NCBI GenBank assembly: GCA_016781485.1
Contig: JADDQH010000002.1
Coordinates: 4,783 to 68,782 of the forward strand
From: Chloroflexota bacterium
GTDB taxonomy: Bacteria; Chloroflexota; Limnocylindria; Limnocylindrales; CSP1-4
Reading direction: 5' to 3'
Length of the DNA stretch: 64,000 bases
Both the position numbers and the translations under genes were made by a program. Every line of letters begins with the position of its first letter. Position 1 is the first letter of the stretch. Below, piece by piece: positions 20,282 through 29,211 of this stretch. Below the pieces are notes generated by a model. It was not told the DNA's origin. It saw nothing but the letters and a program-made list of their open reading frames with translations, and did not search any database.

Positions 20282-20296
20282 CTCGGTCTTCCTTCG

Positions 20297-21229
20297 TCAG
20301 TCGTCGTCTTCGCCGGAAGCGTTCTCTTCGACGTCCTCGTCGAGCGAGCGCCCCGTGTAGGTCATGAACACGCTCTCGAGCGTCGGCGGCTGGCCGTGCT
20401 CGCGCGCGACCTGCTCGATCAGCGCTGCCGGCGTCCCCTCCGTCACGATCCGACCCTCGTTCAGGATCGCGAGCCGGTCGCACAGGCGGGCCGCCTCGTC
20501 CAGGTCGTGGGTCGTGAGCACGATCGTCGCGTCGTGCGAGTGGCGAAGCTCCTCGATGAAGGACTGGACGTCGAGCTTGGAGCGCGGGTCCAACCCCGTC
20601 GTCGGCTCGTCCAGCAGCAGCAGCGTCGGACTGGTGAGCAACGCGCGCGCGATCGCCACCTTCTGCTGCATGCCCCGGCTCATCTGCTCCACCGGCCGGC
20701 CCATTCGCGACCGGCCGATGCCGAGCCGCGTGAGGATCCGGACGGCGTCCGCGTGGGCGTGCCCGGCATCGAGGCCGTAGAGGCGAGCGGCGTAGACGAG
20801 GTTCTCCCAGGGCGAAAGCTTCTTGAAGAATGCGGCGTCGACGCTCACCCGGTTGATCAGCCGCTTCACGGCCATCTCCTCGCGCTCGATGTCGTGACCG
20901 AACACCTCGACGCGCCCCGAGTCGATGGTCAGCAGCGTGCTGACGAGCCGGATGAGCGTGGATTTGCCGCTGCCGTTCGCGCCCAGGATCCCGTAGATCT
21001 CGCCGCGCTCGATGCGCAGCGACACGTCATCCACCGCGTCGACCGGCTTGCGCTTCCGACCGACCACGAACCGCTTGGTGACGTGGTCGACGAGCAGCGC
21101 GGCGACCGCCGGCCGGAGATGCTGTTCGCCCGCAGACGGCCCCGACACCGCTTGGTCGACGGGTGCGGGCGTGGCCGGTTCGCGACCCAACGTCGGGATC
21201 GCGGGCCGGGGTTCGAGTGAGATGGTCAT
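20297..21229 (-). CDS. ABC transporter ATP-binding protein (DrrA-like)
   Basis: Walker A (GANGSGKST), signature (MSRGMQQKVAIARAL) and Walker B (LLLLDEPTTGLD). The true start may lie downstream of 21229, because about 45 aa precede the conserved core. Confidence 0.9.
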   Translation of the reverse strand: MTISLEPRPAIPTLGREPATPAPVDQAVSGPSAGEQHLRPAVAALLVDHVTKRFVVGRKRKPVDAVDDVSLRIERGEIYGILGANGSGKSTLIRLVSTLLTIDSGRVEVFGHDIEREEMAVKRLINRVSVDAAFFKKLSPWENLVYAARLYGLDAGHAHADAVRILTRLGIGRSRMGRPVEQMSRGMQQKVAIARALLTSPTLLLLDEPTTGLDPRSKLDVQSFIEELRHSHDATIVLTTHDLDEAARLCDRLAILNEGRIVTEGTPAALIEQVAREHGQPPTLESVFMTYTGRSLDEDVEENASGEDDD

Positions 21230-21317
21230 GGTCGCGCTCCTTCGGGTGACATCGGTTGCCGAGTGATGAGAGGGCCCCCGGATGGGGGATCACGGCTCCG
21301 ATGTCGCCGGAGGAGGG

Positions 21318-21356
21318 CAACAAAAAAGCCGGGGGCCCGATCCGGCCCTCCGGCTC
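21318..21356 (-). terminator. Intrinsic terminator inside the 5' leader of the ABC operon
   Basis: The minus strand reads AGCCGGAGGGCC-GGATC-GGGCCCCCGGCT followed by TTTTTTGTTG. No upstream minus-strand gene ends here. Confidence 0.6.
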
Positions 21357-21681
21357 CAGTCGCTCGGCGGTCAGCCCGCCGGACTCAATGGAAGAAGGGC
21401 ACGGATCTCCCGCGAACGGCGCCGCCGAGAGGCGCGCCCATCCGCGGCCGGGATGCCGCGGTGCTGAAGAGGGAGAGGTCGTGCATGCGCGTCGGATCGC
21501 TCCTGTTGCCGGTTCGCCCACTTCGGGCGTCGGGGGAGTCTACGAGCGCGCGGAGGGCGATGTCAACGGCGCTGTGTCGCACGGACGTACGTCGTTCGAC
21601 GTACGAGGAACATCGGGATGTCGCCGCTTGATGCCCTCGCCGCCGAGGATGACAATCGCCGGCAGTAGCGGATGAGGTGGG

Positions 21682-23634
21682 ATGAGCGGAACGGTGTCGG
21701 GCATCTCGGACGAGGGGTGGCAGGCGTTCCGGCGCCATGCCTGGCAGGAGGCGTACGAGCACCTGAAAGCCGCCGACGACGGCCGGCTCAAGCCTGAGGA
21801 TCTCGAGGCGCTCGCGGCCTCAGCGTGGTGGATCGGAAGGATGGGGGAATGCATCGACGCGCGCCAGCGCGCGTATGCTGCGTTCTCGGCCGCGGGCCGA
21901 CCGGCGGACGCGGCGCGGATGGCCCTCTCCCTCGCGAACGACCACTCGCACCGGCTCGAACGCGCGATGGCGTCAGGGTGGATGCGTCGTGCCGAGCGAC
22001 TGCTCCGCGACCTCCCGGAGTCGAACGCGCATGCGCTTCTGCGGAGGGCGCGGGTCGCGTCTGCGCTCGAACGGGGGGATCTCGACGCCGCGCTTCAGGA
22101 AGCGGATGGGGTCCTCGACATCGGCCTGCGTCTTGCCGACGGGGACCTCCAGGCACTCGGCCTTCATGACCGTGGACGGGTATTGATCGCGCGAGGGGAC
22201 GTGGAAGAAGGCCTGGCGCTCCTTGACGAGGCGATGGTCTCGGCGGTGAGCGGCGAGCTGTCCCCGTTCCCGACGGCGGTCATCTACTGCAACGTCATCA
22301 TCGCCTGCCAGGACCTCGCCGACTACCGTCGCGCGGGTGAATACACCGAGGCCGCAAAGCGCTGGTGCGAGCGACAGGCGATCGCCGGCTTCCCCGGGAT
22401 GTGCCGGGTCAGGAGAGCCGAGGTGGTGAGGCTCCGGGGGGCGTGGGCGGAGGCGGAGCTGGAGGCGCGCAAGGCGTGTGTAGAGCTCCAGGAGTTCTAC
22501 CTGGACTACGCCGGAGAGGGGTTCTACCAGGTAGGAGAGATCAGGCTGCGCCTCGGGGACGTCGCGGGCGCGGATGACGCGTTCCGGCAGGCGCACCAGA
22601 TGGGCCGAACGCCCCAGCCGGGCCTCGCCCTGCTGCGCCTCGCCGAGGGGGACACGACGGGCGCGGCGGCACTGATCGAGGACGCCCTCGGCGAGCCCTC
22701 ACTCACCCCGCTGGCTCGCGCCCGGCTGCTGCCAGCGGCCGTCGAGATCGCGATCGCGAACGAGGACACTGGACGATCCGCGCGCCATGTCCAGGAGCTC
22801 GAAGGTATCGCGGGCGGGTATGGGACACCGATGCTACGAGCGGCAGCGCTCACCGCGCGCGGCGCGTGCGAGGTCCAGTCGGGTGAGCACGTTTCAGCGC
22901 TGTCGACGTTGCGGCGCGCGCTTCGACTTTGGCAGGAGGTCGACGCGCCGTACGAAGCGGCTCGCACGCGACTGCTCCTCGGCACGGCGCTGACCGGCCG
23001 TGGGGACAAGGAAGGTGCGAGACTCGAACTAGAGGCGGCAAAGGCGGCCTTCGATGCCCTCGGCGCCGTACCTGATGCACGCCGTGCGGCGGGGCAGCTC
23101 GGAGACGCTGCACTCGACCGGATCCCGGCTGTCCGCTCCGAGGTCCGGACCTTCCTGTTCACCGACATCGTCCGCTCGACGCCTCTGGTCGAGGCCGTCG
23201 GCGACGACGCCTGGCACGCCCTCAGCCGGTGGCACGACGAGACCCTGCGCGCACTCTTCGCGGCGCACGGGGGACAGGAGGTCGACCACGCCGGCGATGG
23301 ATTCTTCGTCGTGTTCGGCGATCCCCGACCCGCGCTCGATTGCGCGGTCGCGATCCAGCGAACGCTGGAGGCACACCGCCGACAGCATGGCTTCGCCCCG
23401 CAGGTGCGTATCGGGATCCACACCGCGAAGGCGAGCGGGAACGCCGGGAGATACAGAGGCCGCGCCGTCCACACAGCCGCGCGCGTCGCCGCCCTCGCCG
23501 AGGGCGCCGAGATCCTCGCATCAATGGGAACACTCGAAGCAGTCGGGACGCGTCATAGGGCCGCGGAAGAACGCGAAGTGAGGCTCAAGGGGTTGTCGCA
23601 GCCGGTCGTCGTCGCTTCCGTCGACTGGCGCTGA
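21682..23634 (+). CDS. TPR-like N-terminal region fused to a C-terminal class III adenylate/guanylate cyclase
   Basis: C-terminal cyclase motifs are VRTFLFTDIVRST, GDGFFVVFG and GRAVHTAARVAA. The N-terminal ~450 aa are helical repeats. Confidence 0.8.
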   Translation: MSGTVSGISDEGWQAFRRHAWQEAYEHLKAADDGRLKPEDLEALAASAWWIGRMGECIDARQRAYAAFSAAGRPADAARMALSLANDHSHRLERAMASGWMRRAERLLRDLPESNAHALLRRARVASALERGDLDAALQEADGVLDIGLRLADGDLQALGLHDRGRVLIARGDVEEGLALLDEAMVSAVSGELSPFPTAVIYCNVIIACQDLADYRRAGEYTEAAKRWCERQAIAGFPGMCRVRRAEVVRLRGAWAEAELEARKACVELQEFYLDYAGEGFYQVGEIRLRLGDVAGADDAFRQAHQMGRTPQPGLALLRLAEGDTTGAAALIEDALGEPSLTPLARARLLPAAVEIAIANEDTGRSARHVQELEGIAGGYGTPMLRAAALTARGACEVQSGEHVSALSTLRRALRLWQEVDAPYEAARTRLLLGTALTGRGDKEGARLELEAAKAAFDALGAVPDARRAAGQLGDAALDRIPAVRSEVRTFLFTDIVRSTPLVEAVGDDAWHALSRWHDETLRALFAAHGGQEVDHAGDGFFVVFGDPRPALDCAVAIQRTLEAHRRQHGFAPQVRIGIHTAKASGNAGRYRGRAVHTAARVAALAEGAEILASMGTLEAVGTRHRAAEEREVRLKGLSQPVVVASVDWR

Positions 23635-23699
23635 GCCGTCGCGCGGCACGGCCGCCGGCCGCCAGAGGCGCGCCTACCGGCGCCCCTCTCCTTGGCCCT

Positions 23700-24116
23700 T
23701 CAGCGCGCGTCCGGCTCGGTCCTCCGGACGCGGGCTGCAAGCGTCTTGAGTACCTGCAGGGCGATGTCGGGAAACCGCTCCAGAAGGGAGTGGAACTCGC
23801 GATGCCCGATGACGAGGAGGCGCGACCTACTCTCGCTGATCGCGGTCGCGGACCTCGGGCGCTCGTCGATGAGGCCGATCTCGCCCAGGTAATCACCGGG
23901 GCCGAGGGTGCCGAGAAGCACCCCGTCGCGCTCGATCCGGACCGAGCCTTCGAGGACCACGAAGAACTCGTGGGCCGTCTGATCCTGTCGGATGAAGGTC
24001 TGCCCGGGCTCAAGGTCGACCTCGTCCGCCAGGCCGGCGACCTCCTCGAGGCCCCGCCTGTCCAGCCCGGAGAACAACGGGACACGGCGGAGGATCTCGA
24101 GCTTCGGGTCGGGCAT
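23700..24116 (-). CDS. Stand-alone cyclic nucleotide-binding domain protein
   Basis: 138 aa with LRRVPLFSGLD... and the phosphate-binding cassette GDYLGEIGLIDERPRSATA. It has no output domain. Confidence 0.85.
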   Translation of the reverse strand: MPDPKLEILRRVPLFSGLDRRGLEEVAGLADEVDLEPGQTFIRQDQTAHEFFVVLEGSVRIERDGVLLGTLGPGDYLGEIGLIDERPRSATAISESRSRLLVIGHREFHSLLERFPDIALQVLKTLAARVRRTEPDAR

Positions 24117-24179
24117 CGGTGCTACCTCGCGTCACTCCGGGCGGATCGTTAGGAGGATAGTGCCGGGAAGCGAGCGTCG

Positions 24180-25376
24180 ATGACCGTTCAGGCATCCCTT
24201 TCGGGGCGTTTGACGCTTCCGACGGCGCGCGCGTACGCTGGCTTCCCGAGCCGCAGACCTGGAGCCGGAGTCCTCTTGGACGCTTTCGCGCAGCACCGCG
24301 GCTGGTGGGGCTACCACTGGGCCCCGCCGCGACCGCTCTCGATCACCCAGATCATCGCCTCCGGGTCGCTCGACGCCGAGCTGGCCGCGCTCCTGTGGTT
24401 GCTCGTCGAGGGCCGTGTGCCTGTCGTTGTCGCGGCAGAACCGCCACTCGCGGGCAAGACGACGACCCTCACCGCGCTGATGGACTTCCTGCCGCCGGGC
24501 ACGCGGAAGCTGTTCCTCCGCGGGTGGGTCGAGGACTTCGACTGGCTGCCCGACGCGGACAAGCTGGGGTGGGCGGGGTGGGAAGCCGCGATGCCGACCG
24601 AGGGCCAGCCCGACGCGATGGACCCCGAGACCTGGGATCGCCAGGCGATCATGCGCCGTCGCCTGATGACGGAGCGGGAACGCCGCTCGTCCGGGGGGCA
24701 GGCTGACCCCGACCACACCTACCTGCTCATCAGTGAGCTGAGCTCGCATCTGCCGGTCTACACCTGGGGCGTCCAGGCGCGCGTCGCGGTCCGTGCGCTC
24801 CAGCGCGGCTACGGACTCGGGACCAGCCTCCATGCGGACTCGTTGGAGGAGGTATTCGCGCAGCTCCAGGCGCCGCCTGTGAGCCTCAGCGAGGACGAGA
24901 TCCGGCGCCTCGGGGTCGTCATCGTCCTGCGGCTCGTCGGGCCCCACGGCGACACACTCGTGTTCCCTGAAGGCTCGATCGAGGCCGAGATCGCCCCCCT
25001 CCAGCCATCGGTGCGCCGGCGCGCGGTCGCGGTCCATTACCTCCGACCTCTCGAGCGCGACGGGAAGGGTCACCTACAGCGGCGACCGCCCGCGGTGCTC
25101 GCGACGTGGGACCCCGAGACCGACTGCTTCGAGCACTTCGCGTGGGGGGTGACGTCGGAACTCGCCGATCGGGTGGGCCGGGCCCCTGTCGACTTCGAGC
25201 GACAACATGCCGCGCGTACGACGTTCCTGCGAGGACTGGTGGAGTCAGGGGTCCATTCGATCCCTGACGTCCGGCGTGCCATCACTCACTACCGAGAAGG
25301 TGCCGGGACGGAGCCGGGCCAGCGACAGCGCCGGCGCGACGACCCAGAGCACCACCACCACGAACGCCATCGCTAA
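24180..25376 (+). CDS. Degenerate type II/IV secretion-family (CpaF/VirB11-like) ATPase homolog with a His-rich tail
   Basis: The core is SITQIIASGSLDAELAALLWLLVEGRVPVVVAAEPPLAGKTTTLTALMDFLP...VEDFDWL, then ISE and a His-box-like GTSLHADS. The Walker A motif is atypical. A ~55-aa insert follows the VEDFDWL box. The start codon is uncertain. Confidence 0.6.
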   Translation: MTVQASLSGRLTLPTARAYAGFPSRRPGAGVLLDAFAQHRGWWGYHWAPPRPLSITQIIASGSLDAELAALLWLLVEGRVPVVVAAEPPLAGKTTTLTALMDFLPPGTRKLFLRGWVEDFDWLPDADKLGWAGWEAAMPTEGQPDAMDPETWDRQAIMRRRLMTERERRSSGGQADPDHTYLLISELSSHLPVYTWGVQARVAVRALQRGYGLGTSLHADSLEEVFAQLQAPPVSLSEDEIRRLGVVIVLRLVGPHGDTLVFPEGSIEAEIAPLQPSVRRRAVAVHYLRPLERDGKGHLQRRPPAVLATWDPETDCFEHFAWGVTSELADRVGRAPVDFERQHAARTTFLRGLVESGVHSIPDVRRAITHYREGAGTEPGQRQRRRDDPEHHHHERHR

Positions 25377-25388
25377 CGAGGCAGCCCG

Positions 25389-26807
25389 ATGACGACGAAC
25401 CAGCCGCGGCCGCGAACGCTCGGCGAGCTCAAGGAGGCGGGCTACCGGCCGCGCTCGGTGAAGGACGAGATGCGAGAGAACCTGATGAGACGGCTCGGCG
25501 CCGGCGAGGAGCTCTTCCCGGGCGTCATCGGGTACGAGGAGAGCGTGATCCCTGCGGTGGAGAATGCCATCCTGGCGGGGCAGGACATCGTGTTCCTGGG
25601 CGAGCGCGGCCAGGGGAAGACCCGCATGGCGCGCCAGCTCGTCGGGCTCCTCGACGAGGCGATCCCCGTCGTCGCGGGCAGCGAGCTGCGTGAGGACCCG
25701 TTCCACCCGGTGAGCGCGCACGCGCGCGACCGGGTGGCGGTGGACCGTGACGCGACGCTCATCGAATGGGTCCCGCAGTCGCGCCGGTACGGCGAGAAGC
25801 TCGCCACGCCCGACATCACGATCGCCGACCTGATCGGCGAGGTCGACCCGATCAAGGTCGCCGAGGGCCGCTACCTCGCGGACGAATCGACGATCCACTA
25901 CGGCCTGATCCCGCGCACCAACCGCGGGATCTTCGCCATCAACGAGCTGCCCGACCTCGCCGAACGGATCCAGGTCGGCCTGCTCAACATCCTCGAAGAG
26001 CGTGACGTCCAGGTGCGCGGGTACGTGCTCCGGCTGCCGCTCGATCTGTTCGTCGTCGCGAGCGCGAATCCTGAGGACTACACGAGCCGCGGACGGATCA
26101 TCACGCCGTTGAAGGACCGTCTCGGGTCGCAGATCCGGACGCACTACCCGCGCCGGATCGAGCAGGAGATCGCGATCATGCGCCAGGAGCGGACGCGGTT
26201 CGAGGAGCTGCAGGGGATCCCGGCGATCGAGGAGCCGCCGTTCATGCTGGAGCTCATCGCGGAGCTGACACACCTCGCTCGGCGCGCCCCCGAGATCAGT
26301 CAACGGTCCGGCGTGAGCGTCAGGGTGAGCATCACGAACCTGGAGACCGTCCTTGCGAGCGCGCTCAAACGCGCCGTGCGGCTCGGGGAACCGACCGCTG
26401 CCCCTCGTGTCAGCGACCTGGGCGCGCTCCTCGCGTCCACCATCGGGAAGATCGAGCTGGAGACGCTGAGTGACGAGGCGCCAGAGGAGCGTGTCGTCGA
26501 CCGGTTGCTCAGCAGGGCGCTCTACAACTCGTTCGCCCGGCAGGTCGACATCGACGCCCTCGATGAGGTGGTCCTCGCGTTCGAGTCGGGATTGGTGATC
26601 GAGACCGGCCTGGACATGCACTCGCGGGAGTACGTCCGGTGGGTACGCGAGACGCCGGGGCTGGGTGAGGCAGTCATGGGTCTCGGAGTGGGAGAGTCTC
26701 CCGCTTCGATCGCGTCTGCCGTCGAGTTCCTGCTCGAGGGGTTGCATCTCCATCGCCGCCTCAACAAGGACCGCTCGGCGTCGGGCGTCAGCCTCTACCG
26801 GCGGTGA
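25389..26807 (+). CDS. ChlI/BchI-like AAA+ ATPase (magnesium-chelatase-like family of unknown function)
   Basis: Motifs are LGELKEAGYRPRSVKDEMRENL and the P-loop FLGERGQGKT. As I recall, it resembles the actinobacterial Rv0958-type proteins. It lies 12 nt after the preceding gene. Confidence 0.8.
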   Translation: MTTNQPRPRTLGELKEAGYRPRSVKDEMRENLMRRLGAGEELFPGVIGYEESVIPAVENAILAGQDIVFLGERGQGKTRMARQLVGLLDEAIPVVAGSELREDPFHPVSAHARDRVAVDRDATLIEWVPQSRRYGEKLATPDITIADLIGEVDPIKVAEGRYLADESTIHYGLIPRTNRGIFAINELPDLAERIQVGLLNILEERDVQVRGYVLRLPLDLFVVASANPEDYTSRGRIITPLKDRLGSQIRTHYPRRIEQEIAIMRQERTRFEELQGIPAIEEPPFMLELIAELTHLARRAPEISQRSGVSVRVSITNLETVLASALKRAVRLGEPTAAPRVSDLGALLASTIGKIELETLSDEAPEERVVDRLLSRALYNSFARQVDIDALDEVVLAFESGLVIETGLDMHSREYVRWVRETPGLGEAVMGLGVGESPASIASAVEFLLEGLHLHRRLNKDRSASGVSLYRR

Positions 26808-26811
26808 ACCG

Positions 26812-29061
26812 ATGACGTCGGAGCAGGAGGAGGCGTTCTTCCCCGACCCGATCCCCGGCTACGCACGGTACGGGCGATATCGATACGGCCGGTGGGACGG
26901 GAGCCAGCGCCTCCCGGACCTGTCGGCCGCGGATGTCCTCGATGCGGTCTCCGACGACCTCATGACAGAGGGGGACCTCAACGAGGCGCTGCGCAGGCTG
27001 TTCGAGCGCGGCGTGCGCCAACGGTCCGGCGACGTGGGCGGTGACGACGTGTCCGGCCTGCGCGAGTTGCTGGCCCGCCTCTCGGCGCGCCGCCGAGAGA
27101 CGCTCGACCGCTACCAGCTGGGCGACGTGCTGGGAGACATCAAGCGCGAGCTCGACGAGGTCGTCGACCAGGAACGCCGAGGGATCGAACGTCGCCTCGC
27201 GGAGGCGTCACGGGAAGACGGGCGAGACCGTGCCGGGGGTGACGGACGGTCGGACGAGGACGGCGGAGACGCCGCCGCGCCCACGGAGGAGCCGACCGGG
27301 GCGCGGCCGGACGAGTCGGGCGTGCGCGACGTTTCGACCCAGCGGTCGACCGGTGGACGACAGGCTCGTTCGTCTGGGCATCCTGATGCCCCCGCCAACG
27401 ACGGGTTGCGCCAGATGCTGCGTGAGATGGCGGGACGCCGACAGGTGGCGCTCGACGCGCTCCCCGAGGATGCCGGCGGCCGGATCAGGGGGCTGCAGCA
27501 GTACGACTTCCTCGAGCCCGGCGCGCGCGACCGGTTCGAGGCACTCCTCGAGCGGCTGCGCAGGCAGATGCTGGACTCGTATTTCGAGGGGCTCTCGGAG
27601 CAGATCAGGCAGATGACCCCGGAGAGCCTCGCCGCGAACCGGGAGATGGTGCGGGACCTCAACCGACTCCTCGAGGAGCGGCTCGCGGGGCGCGACCCCG
27701 ATGCGTCGGGATTCCTTGCCACGCACGGCGCGTTCTTCCCGGGTGCGCAGAACCTCGACGACATCGTGGAGCAGCTCGCGGCCCGAATGGCCGCGATGCA
27801 GTCGCTCCTGGCGTCGATGAGCCCCGAGCAGCGGGCGGAGCTGCGATCGATGATGGAGGCGCTACTTCGCGACGACCGGCTGCGCTGGGACCTCGTCCAG
27901 CTGGCGTCGACTCTCGACCAGCTGCTGCCCCAGGGGCTCGGCGAGCGGATGCCGTTCCGCGGGGAGGAGCCCCTGTCGCTCGAGGGCGCCCTCGAGCAGA
28001 TGGCGCGACTGCATGACATGGACCGCCTTGCGGAACAGCTCGGGAACGTCGACGACCCGGCAGCCCTCGCGAACGTCGATCCGGATGAGATCCGACGGCT
28101 GCTCGACGAGGAGTCCGCACAGGATCTCCAGGCGCTCCAGGCCCTCGCGCGCAAGCTCGAGGAGGCGGGGTACGCCGAGCGCCGGGGCGGCCGACTCGAG
28201 CTGACCGCTCGCGGCACGCGGCGGGTCGGGCAGAAGGTGCTCGACGAGCTGTTCGCGCGGCTACGCCGGGACGCGTTCGGCGGTCACCCGCTCGATCGGT
28301 CCGGGTCGGGCGGCGAGCGTGGCGACGATTCGACCCCGTACGAGTTCGGCCGGCCCTTCCACCTCGATCTCCAGCGCACGCTCTCGAACGCGCTCGTGCG
28401 CGAGGAGAACCGCGTCGCGGTGCGCGGGGAGGGGAGGCTGCGGATCGACCCCACGGACTTCGTCGTGTACCAGACCGAAGAGCTCTCGGACGCTTCCACC
28501 GTGCTGCTCGTCGACATGAGCCGCTCGATGCTCCTGCGCGGCTGCTTCCTCGCTGCGAAGAAGGTGGCCGTCGCGCTCGATACGCTGATCCGGACGCGGT
28601 TCCCCCGCGACGAGCTCCACGTCGTCGGCTTCGCCTACTACGCGCGCGAGATCCGTCCGGGTGCGCTCGCGGCGCTCTCGTGGCACGGTTACGAGTACGG
28701 CACGAACCTCCAGCACGGCCTCATGCTCGCGCGGCAGTTGCTCGCCCGGAGCCATAGCGCGAACAAGGAGGTGGTCGTCATCACCGACGGGGAGCCGACC
28801 GCTCACTTCGAGAACGGCCAGGTGGAATTCAGCTACCCCCCGACGCGACGGACGATCCAGCAGACCCTGCGCGAGGTGGGGCGCTGCACGCGGGACGGGA
28901 TCACGATCAATACGTTCATGCTCGAGCGTTCCCGCGCGCTCGCGGACTTCGTGGACCGTATGACGCGGCTGAACCGGGGCCGAGCCTTCTACGCGGCGCC
29001 CGAGCGGCTGGGCGAGTACGTGCTCGTCGACTACGTCGGGAAGAGGACGAAGCGCACGTAG
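26812..29061 (+). CDS. vWA domain-containing protein (partner of the ChlI-like ATPase)
   Basis: Start at MTSEQEE, 4 nt after the preceding stop. It has a long acidic/helical N-terminal part and a C-terminal vWA domain with the MIDAS motif LLVDMSRSM and VVITDGEPT. Confidence 0.8.
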   Translation: MTSEQEEAFFPDPIPGYARYGRYRYGRWDGSQRLPDLSAADVLDAVSDDLMTEGDLNEALRRLFERGVRQRSGDVGGDDVSGLRELLARLSARRRETLDRYQLGDVLGDIKRELDEVVDQERRGIERRLAEASREDGRDRAGGDGRSDEDGGDAAAPTEEPTGARPDESGVRDVSTQRSTGGRQARSSGHPDAPANDGLRQMLREMAGRRQVALDALPEDAGGRIRGLQQYDFLEPGARDRFEALLERLRRQMLDSYFEGLSEQIRQMTPESLAANREMVRDLNRLLEERLAGRDPDASGFLATHGAFFPGAQNLDDIVEQLAARMAAMQSLLASMSPEQRAELRSMMEALLRDDRLRWDLVQLASTLDQLLPQGLGERMPFRGEEPLSLEGALEQMARLHDMDRLAEQLGNVDDPAALANVDPDEIRRLLDEESAQDLQALQALARKLEEAGYAERRGGRLELTARGTRRVGQKVLDELFARLRRDAFGGHPLDRSGSGGERGDDSTPYEFGRPFHLDLQRTLSNALVREENRVAVRGEGRLRIDPTDFVVYQTEELSDASTVLLVDMSRSMLLRGCFLAAKKVAVALDTLIRTRFPRDELHVVGFAYYAREIRPGALAALSWHGYEYGTNLQHGLMLARQLLARSHSANKEVVVITDGEPTAHFENGQVEFSYPPTRRTIQQTLREVGRCTRDGITINTFMLERSRALADFVDRMTRLNRGRAFYAAPERLGEYVLVDYVGKRTKRT

Positions 29062-29211
29062 GAGACGGCTCGGCGGATCCCGTGCCCGCGATCGCCGCTT
29101 CCGCCGCTGCTCTGTCACCGTGCGCCATCACCGCTGCCGCTGGGAAGCGGATCGGAAGAAAGAACCAGCGAGTTCTTCGCCGGTTTGCGCAGATTCGTCT
29201 AGATTCACGCG

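Noticed and set aside
21682-24116. A cyclase plus cNMP-binding gene pair as a Pycsar/CBASS-like anti-phage system.
   Set aside because: The cNMP-binding protein has no effector domain (no TM, TIR or nuclease). The cyclases carry TPR/STAND regulatory regions typical of housekeeping signal-transduction proteins. The genes are convergent rather than co-operonic, and no other defence genes or mobile-element context is present.
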